A stretch of 64,000 nucleotides of DNA from contig JNEM01013221.1 in assembly GCA_000697335.1 (NCBI GenBank), positions 1 to 64,000 on the forward strand. Direction: 5' to 3'. Origin of the DNA: Conidiobolus incongruus B7586. Lineage: Eukaryota. The translations under genes were made by a program, and so were the position numbers. The notes below the pieces were generated by a model. That model had not been told where the DNA came from and made no database searches. It saw only the letters and a program-made list of their open reading frames with translations. This document shows, piece after piece, positions 1-14,223 of this stretch. How positions within the stretch are numbered: position 1 is the first letter of the stretch; each line of letters begins with the position of its first letter.

Positions 1-769
1 TATAATAAAACTATTTATTCCAAAATTAACTAATATTTAAACCAAAATAAATTATAAATATTGATATAGAATATTAAAAATTAATTTATAACTAATAAGT
101 TTAATTTATTAACTATTAGTTTGATATATAACATTTCTTAATATATTAGTTCAGAATCTAAAATATATAAATAAAAATATTATTATATCAATTATCATAG
201 ATTTTAATAAATATCTATATTATTATAAAATTTATATTCATAAACTTTTATTTTCAAATATGATAATTTAAATGAATTTAAAAGAAATAATAAATATATA
301 TATTTTTAATAAATAATTTCATTTAATAAAAAAAATAGTAAAAATTAAAAAAAATAAAAAAATTTATAAGAAGCCAAAAATAAATAAATTAATTCAAACT
401 ATAATATAAAACCCATTACCAAATAAATATCAGTCAATAAACTTATATTTAATGATCTATTAATATTAATAGATTATATATTAGAAAATAAATAACTTAA
501 AAATCAGTTCTATTAAAATAATTTATTTTGAAATAAACACTAATATATATTGGATATTTTTTATTATATATAAATATAAAATTAGTATTTTAAATTATTA
601 TAACATTATTTTTTTATTAAAGAAAAGATTTCCAACTAGAATATAATAGGAAAAGTTTGAGTTTAATTTAAATTAATTTTACTATGATATATTTTAAATA
701 TTATAAAAAAGAAATTTTTTATTATATTTTATTAACAAAATAATAACACTAATTTAAATAATAATTAAA

Positions 770-1559
770 ATCCTAATTATAATTATTCTCTTTATAAAAA
801 AACCTAATAAATTAAGGTTTTTATTTAAATTCCATAAAAAACTAAAATAACCAAATACTTAAGTGAAATGTATTTAAACTAGAAATTCTAAATATTGATT
901 TTGATATATCATTTTTACCACAATATATTTTTTGTTTATAAATTGATTAGAAAAAAAGGAATTGGGAGATTTTATCATTCTTTAAAATTAATAGCAAATC
1001 ATATAACTAATAATTTTAAATCAGAATCTATTATAGAAATTATTATATAAAAAGAAAAATAACTAAAAAGAGCAAAACAAACTTGATAAATAAAATGTAT
1101 AAAAATATATTAAATATGAAATAATAATATAATATTTTAATTTCCTTAATTTTATAATTTAAAATTGATGAAAAGTCAATTAATATTTTCAAAATAAAAA
1201 TATTAAAGGTTAAGATAGTCTTGTTAAAGATTTCAATAAAGTTTACTTAACAAGATATAAGAATACCTCTGGTTCAAGGTAATTATGATCAATAAATATC
1301 ATTTAAGCAAAATATTGGTAATTATTGATTTCTGGATTTGGAAATCAAATCAAGCAAAACTTTCAAATGTCCTTAATATTATGTAGAGATAGATCAAGGC
1401 ATCAATAATGTTATAAATATACTCCTTCACTCTCTAACAGTCAATTGCGCTAGTTTTCGAGGATTAGTACTGGAGCATACCCCTTGGAGTCTCTGGACTC
1501 CATGCAGGACTTGGACAGGGGTGATCAAATTTGACCAACTTTGGTCAGATTTAATTGTA
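770..1559 (+). mobile_element. Decayed Fanzor2/IS607-TnpB-like element, copy 1 (left boundary uncertain, may extend to the window start)
   Basis: Broken translations: IGRFYH (961), RFQ*SLLNKI*EYLWFKVIMINKYHLSK (1228), KTFKCP*YYVEIDQGINNVINILLHSLT (1356). These match the TnpB/Fanzor Zn-finger and RuvC-III end (KTFKCPxC...DRDxNxAxNIL). The 3' ~200 nt align with 31.1-31.3 kb and 52.3-52.5 kb. Confidence 0.85.
1441..1559 (+). ncRNA. Putative omegaRNA scaffold / element right end, copy 1
   Basis: Stem-loops at 1449-1468, 1472-1483 (GGAG-CATA-CCCC, one mismatch) and 1486-1501 (GGAGTC-TCTG-GACTCC, perfect). Near-palindrome at 1527-1552. Lies directly 3' of the nuclease C-terminus and is conserved in three copies. 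Confidence 0.6.
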
Positions 1560-2427
1560 TTTGTTTATTCTATCTCAGTATTTATAATAATAAAATAGAT
1601 AAATTAATTAGTTTGTAATTTCATTTATTATTTCAAATAATTTCGTATTTTTAAAATAAATATAATAACCTGATTATTATTTCTTAATTTATGGATAGCA
1701 TATAATGTATTATACATCGCTTTGTGTTAAAAATGAATCGTTACTTTAATAATCATTTTTCAAGATATTATATATAATTTCAAATTTTGCATTTATAAAA
1801 ATAACAAAAATCTTAAGATTTTAGTATTTAGATTATAGACTTGTATGACTTACTACAACACCTGAATTAAAATTTTGAATTTTAATTTTTGGTCAATATA
1901 AATAGTATAATAATATTTATATATAGATATATATATATTAATATCAAATTCAAAATAATGCAATTATTCATTTTATTACTGGTTGTACATATTATATTCT
2001 CTCAATGTCTATTCAACTAAAATTAAAAATTCGAGATTCACACCAGTTCTATTATATAGAAAAATTCTTCTATTTGAAATACACCTTAGGTGGTGTGTTA
2101 AATGTAGTCAATGTCTACGTGGATTGTATAATATATTTAGTCTTGATAAAAGCAATTTATAACATATAAAATGATTTTAACTTGGCTTGTGTTTTATGCT
2201 AAATGCCCAAATCCCCCATTTTAGCAAATTAAGTAAACCCTTTCAAAATTTACTATATAAATCAAGTAAAAGATAATTATTAATTGAGGATTTGCATTCA
2301 ATTAGGTTTTTGTCAATTAATAATTATTAATAGCAAATTCATGCAGTTTTGCCATACTTCAAATTAAAACTGATTCTAACTAAAACGTTTTTAACTACTT
2401 TGAAAAGTGTTAATCCTAGTTGTGAAC

Positions 2428-4050
2428 ATGTTATCTTGTGATGCTTGTCGTATTGCTAAAAAGAAATGCAATAGGAAGAGACCCTGTGAGCGATGCAGTG
2501 AAAAAGAAATTGAATGTACCTACAAAGCTACCAGTTATCATTCTGAAGTTGTGCCTAAATACAAACAGTATGAAGTCAGACTGAAGAAGTTGGAAGATAT
2601 GATTTCTCAAATTAGACAATTTAATGGCTTACCTAAATTCGATCCCGAGTTATTATACTTCAATAATCCTTCAGATGATTTCTTCGGATTTTCATATAGA
2701 ATACCAATTAAATCTCCTGTTAAAAGTGTTCAACGAACAAAACTTTATCTCAAGAATTTACTTGAAGTCTTTTTAAATAGTATACTACCTCCTTTTCCAT
2801 TTATTAATCCAGCAACACTCAAAGCTAAATTCGAAATCAATCCTTTTGATAGTCCCTTATTAACTGCAGCATATTGTAAAGCCCAGCTATTTTTAAACCA
2901 GTTTTCAACTAGCTGCTGTGTACCTCCAGTCCTCGATAACTATTTTTATAAATTCACCTTATTATTACTCCAGAAAAATGCAGATGAAATAACTTTAGAA
3001 TCCGTACAAGCCCTATTATTAACATCCCTGATAGAATTAGAAACCAACATGGGCACCGCTTTCAGAGGTCATTGCACCGAAGCCATCAAAAAAGCAAATA
3101 TGCTATACTTGCATGATCCAGACAGTTTCCAAAGAATCAGTGATTTATATATCCTCAAACTTGAAAAAGATGCCACCTGGTGTATGGTATTCCTTCTTGA
3201 TTACTTATCATCCTGTATTTGGGGTCTTCCGCCGATCATGCCTAATTTGCCTACAACAATTAACAATATTGAAGATGATGTTGCCCGGACTTACCAATCG
3301 ATACAAATACCATGTACTTACCCTGATCCGTTGGCGGAGAAATTTTTGTCTATGAAACTATATGTAGCTTGGGTTAAGATATTTAGTATTGTAAACTCTC
3401 ACAAAGCGCCCTTACAACCATTTGATGTATCTTTCCCAGAAAAATTCAAAAAGCGATATACAACCTCTTCAAATGTACTCACAGCAATTCAAAATATTTT
3501 GTCACCTTTTCTATCTCCTGAATACTTTAACTCCAAACACCCTCTGCATCCCGCCCGCGCTGTGCACCTTTCCGTTTATTTATTACACCATTCTGTCATT
3601 ATTGATCTAGTTGAACTGTTGATCAATACCTCCAAAATTATTGATATGCAAGCTTATCCTGAACTAATGGAAGTCACTCAGGCGTTCCATCTTGTACGAG
3701 TTAACTCTGCTAAGCTGTTGAATCAAGTCCTTGGACCACACATGAACCAACTTATTTACCAGAAATCTAATCTAGATCTTAGCTTTGTATTTACTATCGC
3801 TTACTACCATATGTACAAGGCCTTTATGATGGATTTAATATCACCCCACTCACAATTATATGCCAATCGTGCTAAGCAACAGTTCTTGAAATTGATGAAA
3901 TACTACCCAAGCCTGAATAGAATCTTAGTTAATTTGGATATATTAGAAACTGAGCCCAAGACCATTAGCTCTAATGGAGGTTTTCAGTTTATTGGCGTAT
4001 GTACCAGTCCAATCTGCCCTTTTACAGCATCAAGGCAAATTAGACCATAA
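2428..4050 (+). CDS. Zn(II)2Cys6 fungal transcription factor with fungal-specific TF middle domain
   Basis: CDACRIAKKKCNRKRPCERCSEKEIEC binuclear cluster followed by a coiled coil. First ATG is at 2428; an upstream exon is possible (ctaac...aag before 2408). Confidence 0.9.
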   Translation: MLSCDACRIAKKKCNRKRPCERCSEKEIECTYKATSYHSEVVPKYKQYEVRLKKLEDMISQIRQFNGLPKFDPELLYFNNPSDDFFGFSYRIPIKSPVKSVQRTKLYLKNLLEVFLNSILPPFPFINPATLKAKFEINPFDSPLLTAAYCKAQLFLNQFSTSCCVPPVLDNYFYKFTLLLLQKNADEITLESVQALLLTSLIELETNMGTAFRGHCTEAIKKANMLYLHDPDSFQRISDLYILKLEKDATWCMVFLLDYLSSCIWGLPPIMPNLPTTINNIEDDVARTYQSIQIPCTYPDPLAEKFLSMKLYVAWVKIFSIVNSHKAPLQPFDVSFPEKFKKRYTTSSNVLTAIQNILSPFLSPEYFNSKHPLHPARAVHLSVYLLHHSVIIDLVELLINTSKIIDMQAYPELMEVTQAFHLVRVNSAKLLNQVLGPHMNQLIYQKSNLDLSFVFTIAYYHMYKAFMMDLISPHSQLYANRAKQQFLKLMKYYPSLNRILVNLDILETEPKTISSNGGFQFIGVCTSPICPFTASRQIRP

Positions 4051-4370
4051 TATTTGTAATTTTAAACACTACATCCAATTTAATCTCCATATAAATTTTT
4101 GGTATTTAATAGAGTATGCATAATTTGAAATTAGCATTTCATTTTTTTACAATGATGTTTATTCAGTTGGATTCAATACTTAAGACTTTTGTAATGAAGT
4201 AGTCTATTAAAAATTTGCAAGAATTAGTACTATATAAAATTATATAAAAATCAAAAAAATACAAAATTTGGTCTAATATAGTTTATAATATATTTAAAAC
4301 AATGATTAAAATTATAAGTGTAATTGAATTTCTATAAATGATATTTTTAAAATAACTATAATCAATCCAA

Positions 4371-5351
4371 CTAATTGAGTCTCATTAAAATACGGTTGAT
4401 GAATTCTGACTTCTCTTTAGGGGTCTGTTTCTCCATAACAGAAGAGCTAATAATTCCTTTCTTAGCCTTCTTATCAACGAATTTACCGAATCTGAAGGGG
4501 ACTAAGAATTTAGAGACCTTTTCAAAGTTCTCGCCATTGGTACTTAATTCGTGAATTAAATCATCCAAACAAATGAATCCCAAATCACCAAGGGTTTCTT
4601 CAATAATGGTATTGTTATCTAAAGGAATTACTTTACCATCCTTGTTAGTAAAACCTCTCTTGAGAATAAGGTTCTTGATAGATTTAAGCGAAGGTTCACT
4701 AAAAATTAAATATCAGTAATATAAATTAAAATAGTTGAAAGATAATTTACCCATAGAAAACGTAAGGATCAATTAATTTTATCTTTTTAATATTTTCTTC
4801 AGTAGGTTTAACGAATACACCAAAATTAAGGGAAGTTAATCTAAACTCCTTTAAAATTTTTTGAACTTGATCAGGAATTTTATTGATTCTAAATATAATA
4901 AATTAATAAAATTATTAAAAAAAATAATTAAACTAAAATAAATTACTTTCTACTGCGAATAACGAATAAACATTTGGCATCTTTAAATTCGGGTAACTGA
5001 GCTTGACCAGATTCTAATCTCTTCAATCTTCTCTTTTCATTTTCAAAAGCTTTTCTTTCCTTTAATATTTGGTCTAATCTCTTAAAATGGAATTTGGGCT
5101 TTTGTTTTTGCTAAAATATTTAAATAAGTTAAAAAATAATTAATATTAAATTAATTAATTAATATTTACTTTCTTTTTAGCTTCAAGTTTTTTAGCGGCA
5201 GCTTCCTTTAATTTATGCTGATCTCTTCTCTTTTTAAATACAACTTCTTTAGTGTGACTAAGTTGACTGAGAGGTAACTCACTATAATACTTTATTTTAA
5301 TACATTATACTTTATTTTTCCATTTCAAATATTACTGTACCTATTATCCAT
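4371..5351 (-). CDS. RLP7: Ribosome biogenesis protein RLP7 / RPL7-like (uL30 family), multi-exon
   Basis: Spliced translation includes LFVIRSRK..VQKILKEFRLTSLNFGVFVK..IDPYVFYGEPSLKSIKNLILKRG..PLDNNTIIEETLGDLGFICLDDLIHEL. ATG at 5351. Divergence from RPL7 favours RLP7. Confidence 0.8.
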
Positions 5352-6797
5352 TTTAAAAAAATATTTAATTCTTTTTTATATTCACAGATTTTTTTGTTCA
5401 GGTTATTTTGATTTAAATGATAAATAGTTACAAAAATTTCAATCAGAAATTATTATGGGATAAATAGTTATCCAATTGTTGAGATAATCGAATTTTGGAA
5501 AATTATATATTGAAAAATTGGAAAAATGAATGTATTGATTTATTAAATAATTTAATTTTTTAAAAAAAAAATCATTAAATAAAGCGTGTCTGAATATTCA
5601 AATAGAACTAAAATCCATTGAATTATGGATCTTAATATACGAATTTGTAACCCTAATCCAGATGTCAGTTAAACATATTAAAATTCGTTGATAATTTTCT
5701 TTTATTATTTGAAAATAGATTAATTTAAATAATATATTATAAAAATCCAGTAATCAAATAACTATCCATGTATTCAATATATTTTTCAAAAAAATTGGAT
5801 TAGAAATTATTTGAATTGAATTGAAAATAACGATGGTTTGATTAGAAATAGAGAGGAAACTATGATATGAGTGATTGTTATTTTCAACTAGGGATATATA
5901 TATTGATACTATCAAAATGTTGAATAACTAATCAATACTGAACTATTTTTATTTAGTCTGGTTGAATTGTATACTTTATTTGATTCAATTCAGATGTTCA
6001 GACATTAGTTTATTCAAAATTTTTAGCAAGCATTGTAGTTGTAATTTAATATTTAATCATATCAACATCTGCAAATTAATTTTCTTTCGTCAATTTCCTT
6101 TTAAATAGCTTTATGGTATATATAATATATTATTAATTTATCAGAATTATATGATGTTATTAAAAAACTAACTTGTATCTCATAATAATGAAAAAAAGAA
6201 ATATCGCAAACCCAATGATTTTTTAATAAATATAAAAAAAATATTTTAATTTTTGAACTTTTTGGTATTTAAATTTCATTTATTACATATGATAGGATAT
6301 TTATTTACTAATATATTCAAAATTGATGATAATGTAAGTTGAATGATTTTTGAAATAGGATATGAATTTTTCAAAATTTTATATAAAATTTCGATTGTTA
6401 TAAATTCAATCTTTATTACTATATATCATAAATTTATTCACCAAAATAGAACTGAGAGTTAGATTAAAATACCTTCATTATATCGAGATCAGCTAACTTT
6501 ATATTTTGCTAAATTGACCTTCTAACTGAGTAATTAACATCGCTACAATAAAACTTGAAATCTATTTCAAGTATTTATCCCAACTAAATCATTTATTCAG
6601 AATTGAAAGTAAAAGTGATTGATTCATCCCATATATTGAATCCACAAATCAAAAAATTTATTTAGAGCTGAAATATTGCAAAAATATAAAACAAAGGTAA
6701 TTTAATTATAAAATACATAATTAATAAAATAATATGTTAACGTTGAATAAAATAAGCTCTATCAGATTCAATCAATTGAATCGCTCTTTAAGGTACT

Positions 6798-7571
6798 ATG
6801 TTTTTGAAGAATTATAATTTAATTACTTATAATGAAAATAGCTCCAATATCAATTCATATAGAGTATTTAATATCAACAGTATTCTTAAGCCGAATCAAA
6901 TAAATATTAAATCATTCTCCAATGTTTCCAAAGCTTTGGGGGAATCCAACACCACTAGAGTGACTATTCCTCAAAATAAAAAACCAAAATTGTTAAACGA
7001 GACTTTTCATGTCGTCTACCTTTCACCTTTAGCCAATACTATTCGTAATTTTATTATGATTGGTAACTCCTTTGTCGTTATGGCCATGGTTGTTTCTCCT
7101 TATATTTTCTTTAAAGGAGCTGTCCCAATTACTGGTTCTTTATTAGGTACCTTAATTATTTCATTATCTTAACAAATTTAATATTGATACGTTCCGAATA
7201 TAGTACTTGCTTCAGCAATCCTTCCTGTTATGTACATCCACTACTTGACTGGTGGATTTGTTTCCCGTATGTCCCTTATCATTAATAAACAGACCCGTGG
7301 AAAGCCCATTGATGCAAGCACTCCTGTGTTAATTGACAACTTTAGCAACATGGGCAAGAGCCAACAATTCCAAGTCACTTTAGGTGACATTCAACCTGTA
7401 AAGGGTTTTGCATCAATGGTGAACTTTAAAACTCATTTAACTGTTGGACAAAAGACTAAGAAAGTGAATCTCTTCTTGGATAAGAAATTATTTAGCAATC
7501 CTGATTCTGCCCAAGATCCCGTTCCTGGATTAATTTGGAAGTATTTAAATAGACACAAGGAATCTAAATAA
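6798..7571 (+). CDS. Probable mitochondrial inner-membrane protein (TMEM70/186/223-like), 2 exons (6798-7146, 7204-7571)
   Basis: Two ORFs joined in frame by a GT-AG intron. Presequence-like N-terminus and two hydrophobic helices followed by 'FVSRMSL'. Family assignment is tentative. Confidence 0.5.
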
Positions 7572-8064
7572 AATAACTACAAATGTTTGAATATATAATA
7601 AATAGCATTAGATACTTTTGTTTAATAAATATAATTGGAAGATAAGTTTAATTCATATCAATATCTTATTCATCTTAACATTCTAGAATAATGGATATAT
7701 ACTCAACAAAGGATTGATGCTATTTTAATGAAAGCGTGATCTTTATTTGACCTGAAAATGCTTTTAAAAAAAGAAATTTGAAGCATTAAAATAGTTTATT
7801 ATTATTGAAAATTAATAATCATTGTAGAGATTTAGAAGAAGTGATAAATAAACTAATATTGTAATCTAGTTTGTGACATAAAGATATTTTTAATGACGGA
7901 AAAAAAAACAAAATTTTGAATGTGATAAGAACTGAATCCAGCAACTAGAACATTCGAAATAAAGAATCCCACAAATTGGTTTATGCATGAAATACATAAT
8001 AATGGAATACTTGGATTAAGAGTATCAATTAAAAAATAAAAATAATTATTTATTATTTAAAATA

Positions 8065-9611
8065 ATGTTATCAGCTAGAGCTTTAAAACAGTTAAATACT
8101 GTCAAGTTATTATCTACTAGAATTCCCACTAACCAATTAAGATCCATCCATGCTCAATCTGCATTATTAAATAATCAAAGTTTTTTTGGTGCATTTAGAG
8201 AATCTGTTAGGCGTCAAATCAAAGAGAATCAAGATTTCAACCAAGGTGTGAAACAATTACAAGATACAAGTACTGGTATCAGAGATTCAGAAACTTTGAG
8301 GAGAGCCAAAGAATTATTTAACAAAGCTAGAGTGAGTTTTTTATAATCAGCTTTTGATTTATAGGATATGAATATATTATAAATTTAGAGTGATGTTAAT
8401 GAAAGTGCCGCCACAAAACAAATCCAAGAAGGTCTTGCCGAAGTCAAAAAATACGCTGATAGCGTTGGTAAAACTGTAGATGAGGTTTTGAAAGAAATGA
8501 ATGAAACCGCCTTTATTAAGGCTACAAAAGAACGTGTAAGTTTAACTAACAAATCTTTATTATTATAGTTGAATGACACCAAGATTATTTTAGTTGGCTA
8601 AAGTTGGCAAGACTCTTTACGATACTACCGAACCCATTCGTCAAAGTGAAGCCTACAAGGCTGTTAAGAGTGATATTGAAACCATTGTTGATGACAGCAG
8701 TTCAAGATATGGAGGTTATCGCAACAAAGAAGCCCGTCTAGCTGCTAAAGAAAAATTAGATAAAAAATTTGGAGCTCAATCTGGCAAAGCTCGCTATGTC
8801 AAAGCCAACCCTGAAGCTGGTGAAAATATTGTTTTACACAAAGATTCTAAATGGGCCCAATCTTGGAAGAACTTCAAAGATAACAGCTCCCTTATTCAGG
8901 GACTCTATTCTGCCAAAAAGAGTTACGATGAAAGTGAAAACAGTTTAGTAAGTTCCGTTAGAGATGTTACAGACAAAATTTCAGATATCTGGTCCAGCAT
9001 ATTTGCGGAATCTGAGCAAGCCAAAGCCATCAAGCAACTTCGCATGACTTTGGATCCTACTTTTGACCTCGAAAACTTTTTAAGAGAACTCCGTGAATAT
9101 ATTGTTCCAGATATTTTAGATGCTTTCCACTCATCAGACAAAATTACACTCAAACAATGGTGCTCTGAAGCAACTTTCAATGTTCTCAATGAAGGCTTCA
9201 AGGCCCAAGAACAGCAAGGTCTCATACCTGATTCCCAAATTTTAGACTTAAGAAGAGTTGATGTATGTTATAGTTTTCTCATGATACACTCATTTCCTAA
9301 TTTTATATGTTAAATTAGATTCCTGCTGTTAAAATATTGGATAATGATGTGCCCGTTTTCGTTGTATCCTTTGAAACTAGAGAAATTGTTTTATTCCGCA
9401 AAAAGACCACCAAAGAAATCGCATTTGGTCGTGAAGTAAATATTTTCAATTGGACTTATATTTTTTTTATTAATCTATGATTTAGGACCATGTTGAACAT
9501 GTTCGCTATGTGATGGTCTTTGTTAAGTCAGAAGAAGATTTGGACAATAAGCACACTAATGGTTGGAAGATCATGGAAATGTCCAGACATTCTAGTTCCC
9601 GCTCCGCCTAA
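8065..9611 (+). CDS. TIM44: Mitochondrial import translocase subunit Tim44, multi-exon
   Basis: Presequence; SSRYGGYR; DPTFDLENFLRELREYIVPDILDAF..LKQWCSEATFN; C-terminal GWKIMEM. Confidence 0.95.
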
Positions 9612-10341
9612 TCTCTGCAACTAATTGACATTTAATTATTCATCTAACAATTTAGATTTTTAATTATTATAAAATTTATATTTTTGTATCTAATGTAATT
9701 TATTTATTTGTCAAGTCCTAATAACAGTTTAAATCAATATTAATTTAAATGAATTACTGTTATTAACATTTTTATATAAACTTACCATAATTCAAAACTA
9801 ACACTTTATCATTTACCAGATATTTATGAATTGATTTCTTCTTGTCCCTAAATCGAATAACAACTAATACCGTAATTTTTTATATATTCTACATTTTAAT
9901 TTCAGTTATAAATATCATCCAAAACAGACTTTTTCAACACATATTAGCAATTATACACTTTGCAAACATTAATTCAATGTGCATATTTTTATAATTTTAC
10001 TTAATTCATTTAATTTTTGATCCAATTCTCCTCGATTTTTTTGAATTATTCAAGAAATAATTAAATTATCTGTATTGTATAAATCCATTGAAATAATGTA
10101 ATCTTATATTATGTTGTTTTTTCTCCACATTTGATAAGTATGAGATGTTATTTTTCTTATACTAAATTTTTCGACAAATACCATATTAAGTAATTCCCAA
10201 TATACAACTATCAAATTAAGCTTGATTACTAATTCAATCCCAAAATTTCACTTGGTAATAAATCATATAAAAAGGGGGCCTTCGAATCAATGATCATTTT
10301 TACTGTTATTCATATTAAAATCATTGATTATAATAACTAAT

Positions 10342-11784
10342 ATGCAATTTGTATCTTCTCCCACCCAGCCTCAATCTCAGTTGTTTACATGTCTTACCTG
10401 CCAAATCGCTTTCCCTACAGCCGAAGGCCAAAGGGATCATTATCGTACTGATTGGCACAGATATAATTTGAAGCGTAAAGTTGTTGATTTACCTCCTGTT
10501 GCTTTAAAAAATTTTCAAGATAAAATTCAAGGTATTTAATATATAAATATTTAAGCTTAATATAGTGTTATTAATATTATTTTACTAGAACAAAAAGCCG
10601 AAGAGGAGCAAGCTGCTACTGATAATTCAAATTATTGTGCTCCTTGCAAGTATGTTATCCATATCATTTTATAAATTCATATTTTTCTTATTATATTATT
10701 TTAGAAAGAGTTTCAACTCTGAAAATACTTTTTTAAATCACCAAAAATCAAAGAAACACATTGAAAACGCGGCTAAATATGGTATGATAAATTGACCTTC
10801 ATATAAATAATACCTGTCTAATTCAATTTTAGATCCTTACAAAGATGCTCCAGTTAAAGAAAAAGCTCAGCCCGCTGGATACTCTGAAATTGAACAAGAA
10901 CTGAATTTAGATGGATTGACTGAAGAAGAAAAAATCCTCAAGATTGTTGACCATAAAATTTCTAAAGCTGTCCGCTTACAACCTGAAGATTGTATTTTCT
11001 GTCCTCACAAATCTGATAGCTTTGAAGCTAATATGGAACATATGACCAAAATCCATGATTTCTTCATTCCTGATATTGAATATTTGGCTGATTTGAAGGG
11101 TTTGATCAAGTACTTGGGCGAAAAGGTTTCAGTTGCCAATGTTTGTCTTTACTGTAATGGTAAGGGTAGAGAACTCAAGAGTTTGGAAGCTGTCCGTAAG
11201 CATATGAAAGATAAGGGTCACTGTAAGATTGCCTATGACCTCGATATGGATATCATGGAAATTTCAGACTTTTATGATTATCGACCAAGTTATGGTGTTG
11301 CTCTTGAAGGTGATGAAGAAGAAGAAATCGATGGTCAACAACAGTAATCATTTATTTAATTTTTATAGTGGTATTTTTAGTAACTTTATATTTTAGAAAA
11401 GCCATGTTGGCTGAAGATGAAATGGAGCTTGTTTTACCTTCAGGCGCTCGACTTGGACATCGTTCACTTCGCAAATATTATAAGCAACATATTAGACCTC
11501 ACTCTGTAATTTTTTATTTTTTTGTAGTATATTCTTCTTAATAATCTTTTTTCTTCTAGGAGGACGACGATACTGTTGACAAGATGATTGAATATTATGA
11601 AGAGAAGGGTTACACTCCTCCACCACAATCTCGTGGTCGTCGCATGATGATCACACAAGGCGAGCAAATCAAGGTTCCCGCTCATCATGGCTTCAAAGAC
11701 GTCAAACATCGCGAACAATACAGAACACGTGTCGGTGTTAATGCCAATAGGTTACAAAGACATTTCAGAGAACAAATATTATAG
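10342..11784 (+). CDS. REI1: Pre-60S factor REI1/ZNF622 (C2H2 zinc fingers), multi-exon
   Basis: FTCLTCQIAF..QRDHYRTDWHRYNLKRKV; CLYCN..SLEAVRKHMKDKGHCK; ends LQRHFREQIL. Confidence 0.95.
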
Positions 11785-12412
11785 TTGTATCTCTTTAGTT
11801 TAAATTATAGATATTTACATATTATTGTATAAAATCATCTAATTTTATAAATTTGCAATAATTATTTAAAATTTATATAGAGTGAAATGCCTGGACATAT
11901 TAATGTATTTGATCATCTCGTTTTGTTAACTCATCATTCTTTAATAAACAAGATATTCCTTAAAGCTTACATTTAATTTTATATCTTTGTTCATTGATTT
12001 TAATGTTTGCATTCTTTATATGTATTGATTATAGCTTGTACTACTAAATTAAATTTTTCAATAGTAAAATTTTTAAATCCTATGTAATCATCATACTCAA
12101 ACTATGCTCATAGTGTTCCAAAAATATACACAATTTAAATTTACTATTATAAAATTCAATTTAATAATAAATATTAGATGCTGAGTTAATTGAAATTTTG
12201 AAAAGGTGAGTTAAACCCATAAATAAAATTGATTGGAAATTCAATGTAACTAAATAAATTCGAGTAATGTTTAAAAAGACAAAATTCAACTATTAAAATT
12301 AAATTACTAATATTATTCGTATATATGCCATTTTAAACATTCTAAATTAATAAAATATTCGTTTTACTAGTCTATTTAATATTATTTATTATAAAAATAA
12401 GAATATTTTTGG

Positions 12413-14223
12413 ATGAGCTCAAATCAAACATTCTCTAGGTTATCGGTAAATTATCAATTAATAAATTAGATTCAATTTATATATTAAATATGGAATTAGT
12501 ATCTAGTTAATCAAATACATAGTTTAACAAAACCACCATTAGAGCAAATTGGGAGGCATTTGTCAAGAATAACTGGTCAACATATCAACCATCGTGCGAA
12601 TAAACCTATTTTGATAACTAGTATTGTAAATTTAATTCAATATTTACACAGAAATCACAAGCCACTGTTTGAAGCAGTTTATAACTGTATATTAAAGGGT
12701 ATTGAAAAGTAAGAATAAAATTATTTATCTTTGTTCTATGACTAATTTTGAATTAGGGGATATATAGGTACAGAGCATGCAAGCCAAGATTATTATCATC
12801 GCCATTTAGGCCGTATTTTACCTATGACACAACATTCATCAACTACTAGTTATCGTCAAAGTATTACACCTGATTCATATTTAAATAATCATCAAACATC
12901 TCCAACAAATAATTATAATAGATCTAATGGACGACGTAACCCTATGTATGAACAATATTATAATAACAGAATTATTGAAAGTCTTATAGGAAATTCGAAT
13001 TATCAAATATATTCAGAAAATTCTTTACCGCTTCCAAGTTTATCAGATATATTACCTGGAAAGTCTTCTAATCATGGCTACCAAAGAAGTGACAATAAAT
13101 CTCATGGTACCAATGGATCTACTTACCACTCCAAATTTGATGGTAAATATGCGCCTAGTCCTTTTTACAAAACCATTAAGGTTCTCACACCGAATAAATT
13201 GATCCATCCATCCCAGGCTAAAGCTACCGTCTCGCTAAGCTTTATTTTATATTCTGACGATTATACTAAAATTAAAGAACAGTCCAAACTGGTCAATCCT
13301 GACAGATGGGTAGGTTTACGACTTCTCTGTGGCCGTGTTAACCATAAAGATCAAAAAGGATATGACATTGTTGAATTTCCTGCTGTTTGTGAAGTAAAGG
13401 TTAATGGTATAATCCAAAAGGGCAATCTTAGAGGTATCAAGAATAAACCAGGAACCACCGCACCTCCAGATATTACCTCTAATTGTAAGATTATTCCAAA
13501 TGTTCCTAACCGAATTGATATTACATACATTCACACGACGTACGAATACTTTATGAGCGTGCATTTAGTAGAAGAAATTTCGGTGGATTCATTGACTTTC
13601 GACATTAAAAAACAGAGGCTATTATCTTCGGAAAATGTTAAAAGCAGTAGTAAGTAATTTTTGATTATTAGCCTCGACACATTTTTAATGCTGTCTATTT
13701 AGTGTTCCTTACTAAAAACGAAGACGATATTGTCACGTTGCAAGCATCTCTATCTCTCAAAGATCCTCTTACCCTTACGAGAATAGTAACACCTTTTCGA
13801 TCTACGGCGTGTAATCACGTTCAGTGCTTCGAAGCTACATCATTTTTATCTATGAACCAGCAAACTCCCACTTGGGACTGCCCAGTATGTCAAAAACACA
13901 TTGGCGGTGTACAATATCTTGTTTGTGATGGTTTCTTCCTTAGTATCTTGAATGATCCTCGTACCCAGGATGTTGAACAAGTTATCTTGAATCCCGATGG
14001 TAGCTGGGAACTACAAAAGGAAGCAACTACTCAAGCTCCAGTTAAGTCCCAGAAAAAGCAAACTAACAGTGTGGCTATTGCACTTGACATATCGGATAGC
14101 GATAATGAGGGTTATGAGCTTGTTCATAAGACACCTGCTCCTTCGATAACCATAGCTCAACCCTCTCCCATAAGTAACTTATTATCCGTTCCCGAGGTCA
14201 TAGATCTCACTTTTAGCGATTAA
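12413..14223 (+). CDS. SIZ1: SIZ/PIAS SUMO E3 ligase (SAP-like, PINIT, SP-RING), multi-exon
   Basis: NLRGIKNKPGTTAPPDIT (PINIT); SLKDPLTLTRIVTPFRSTACNHVQCF..TWDCPVC (SP-RING); C-terminal SIM VIDLT. 5' exons inferred. Confidence 0.9.

Noticed and set aside
1486..1552. Hairpins and short repeats as a CRISPR array or tRNA/SINE
   Set aside because: No repeat-spacer periodicity and no cloverleaf or A/B boxes; better explained as a transposon right end.
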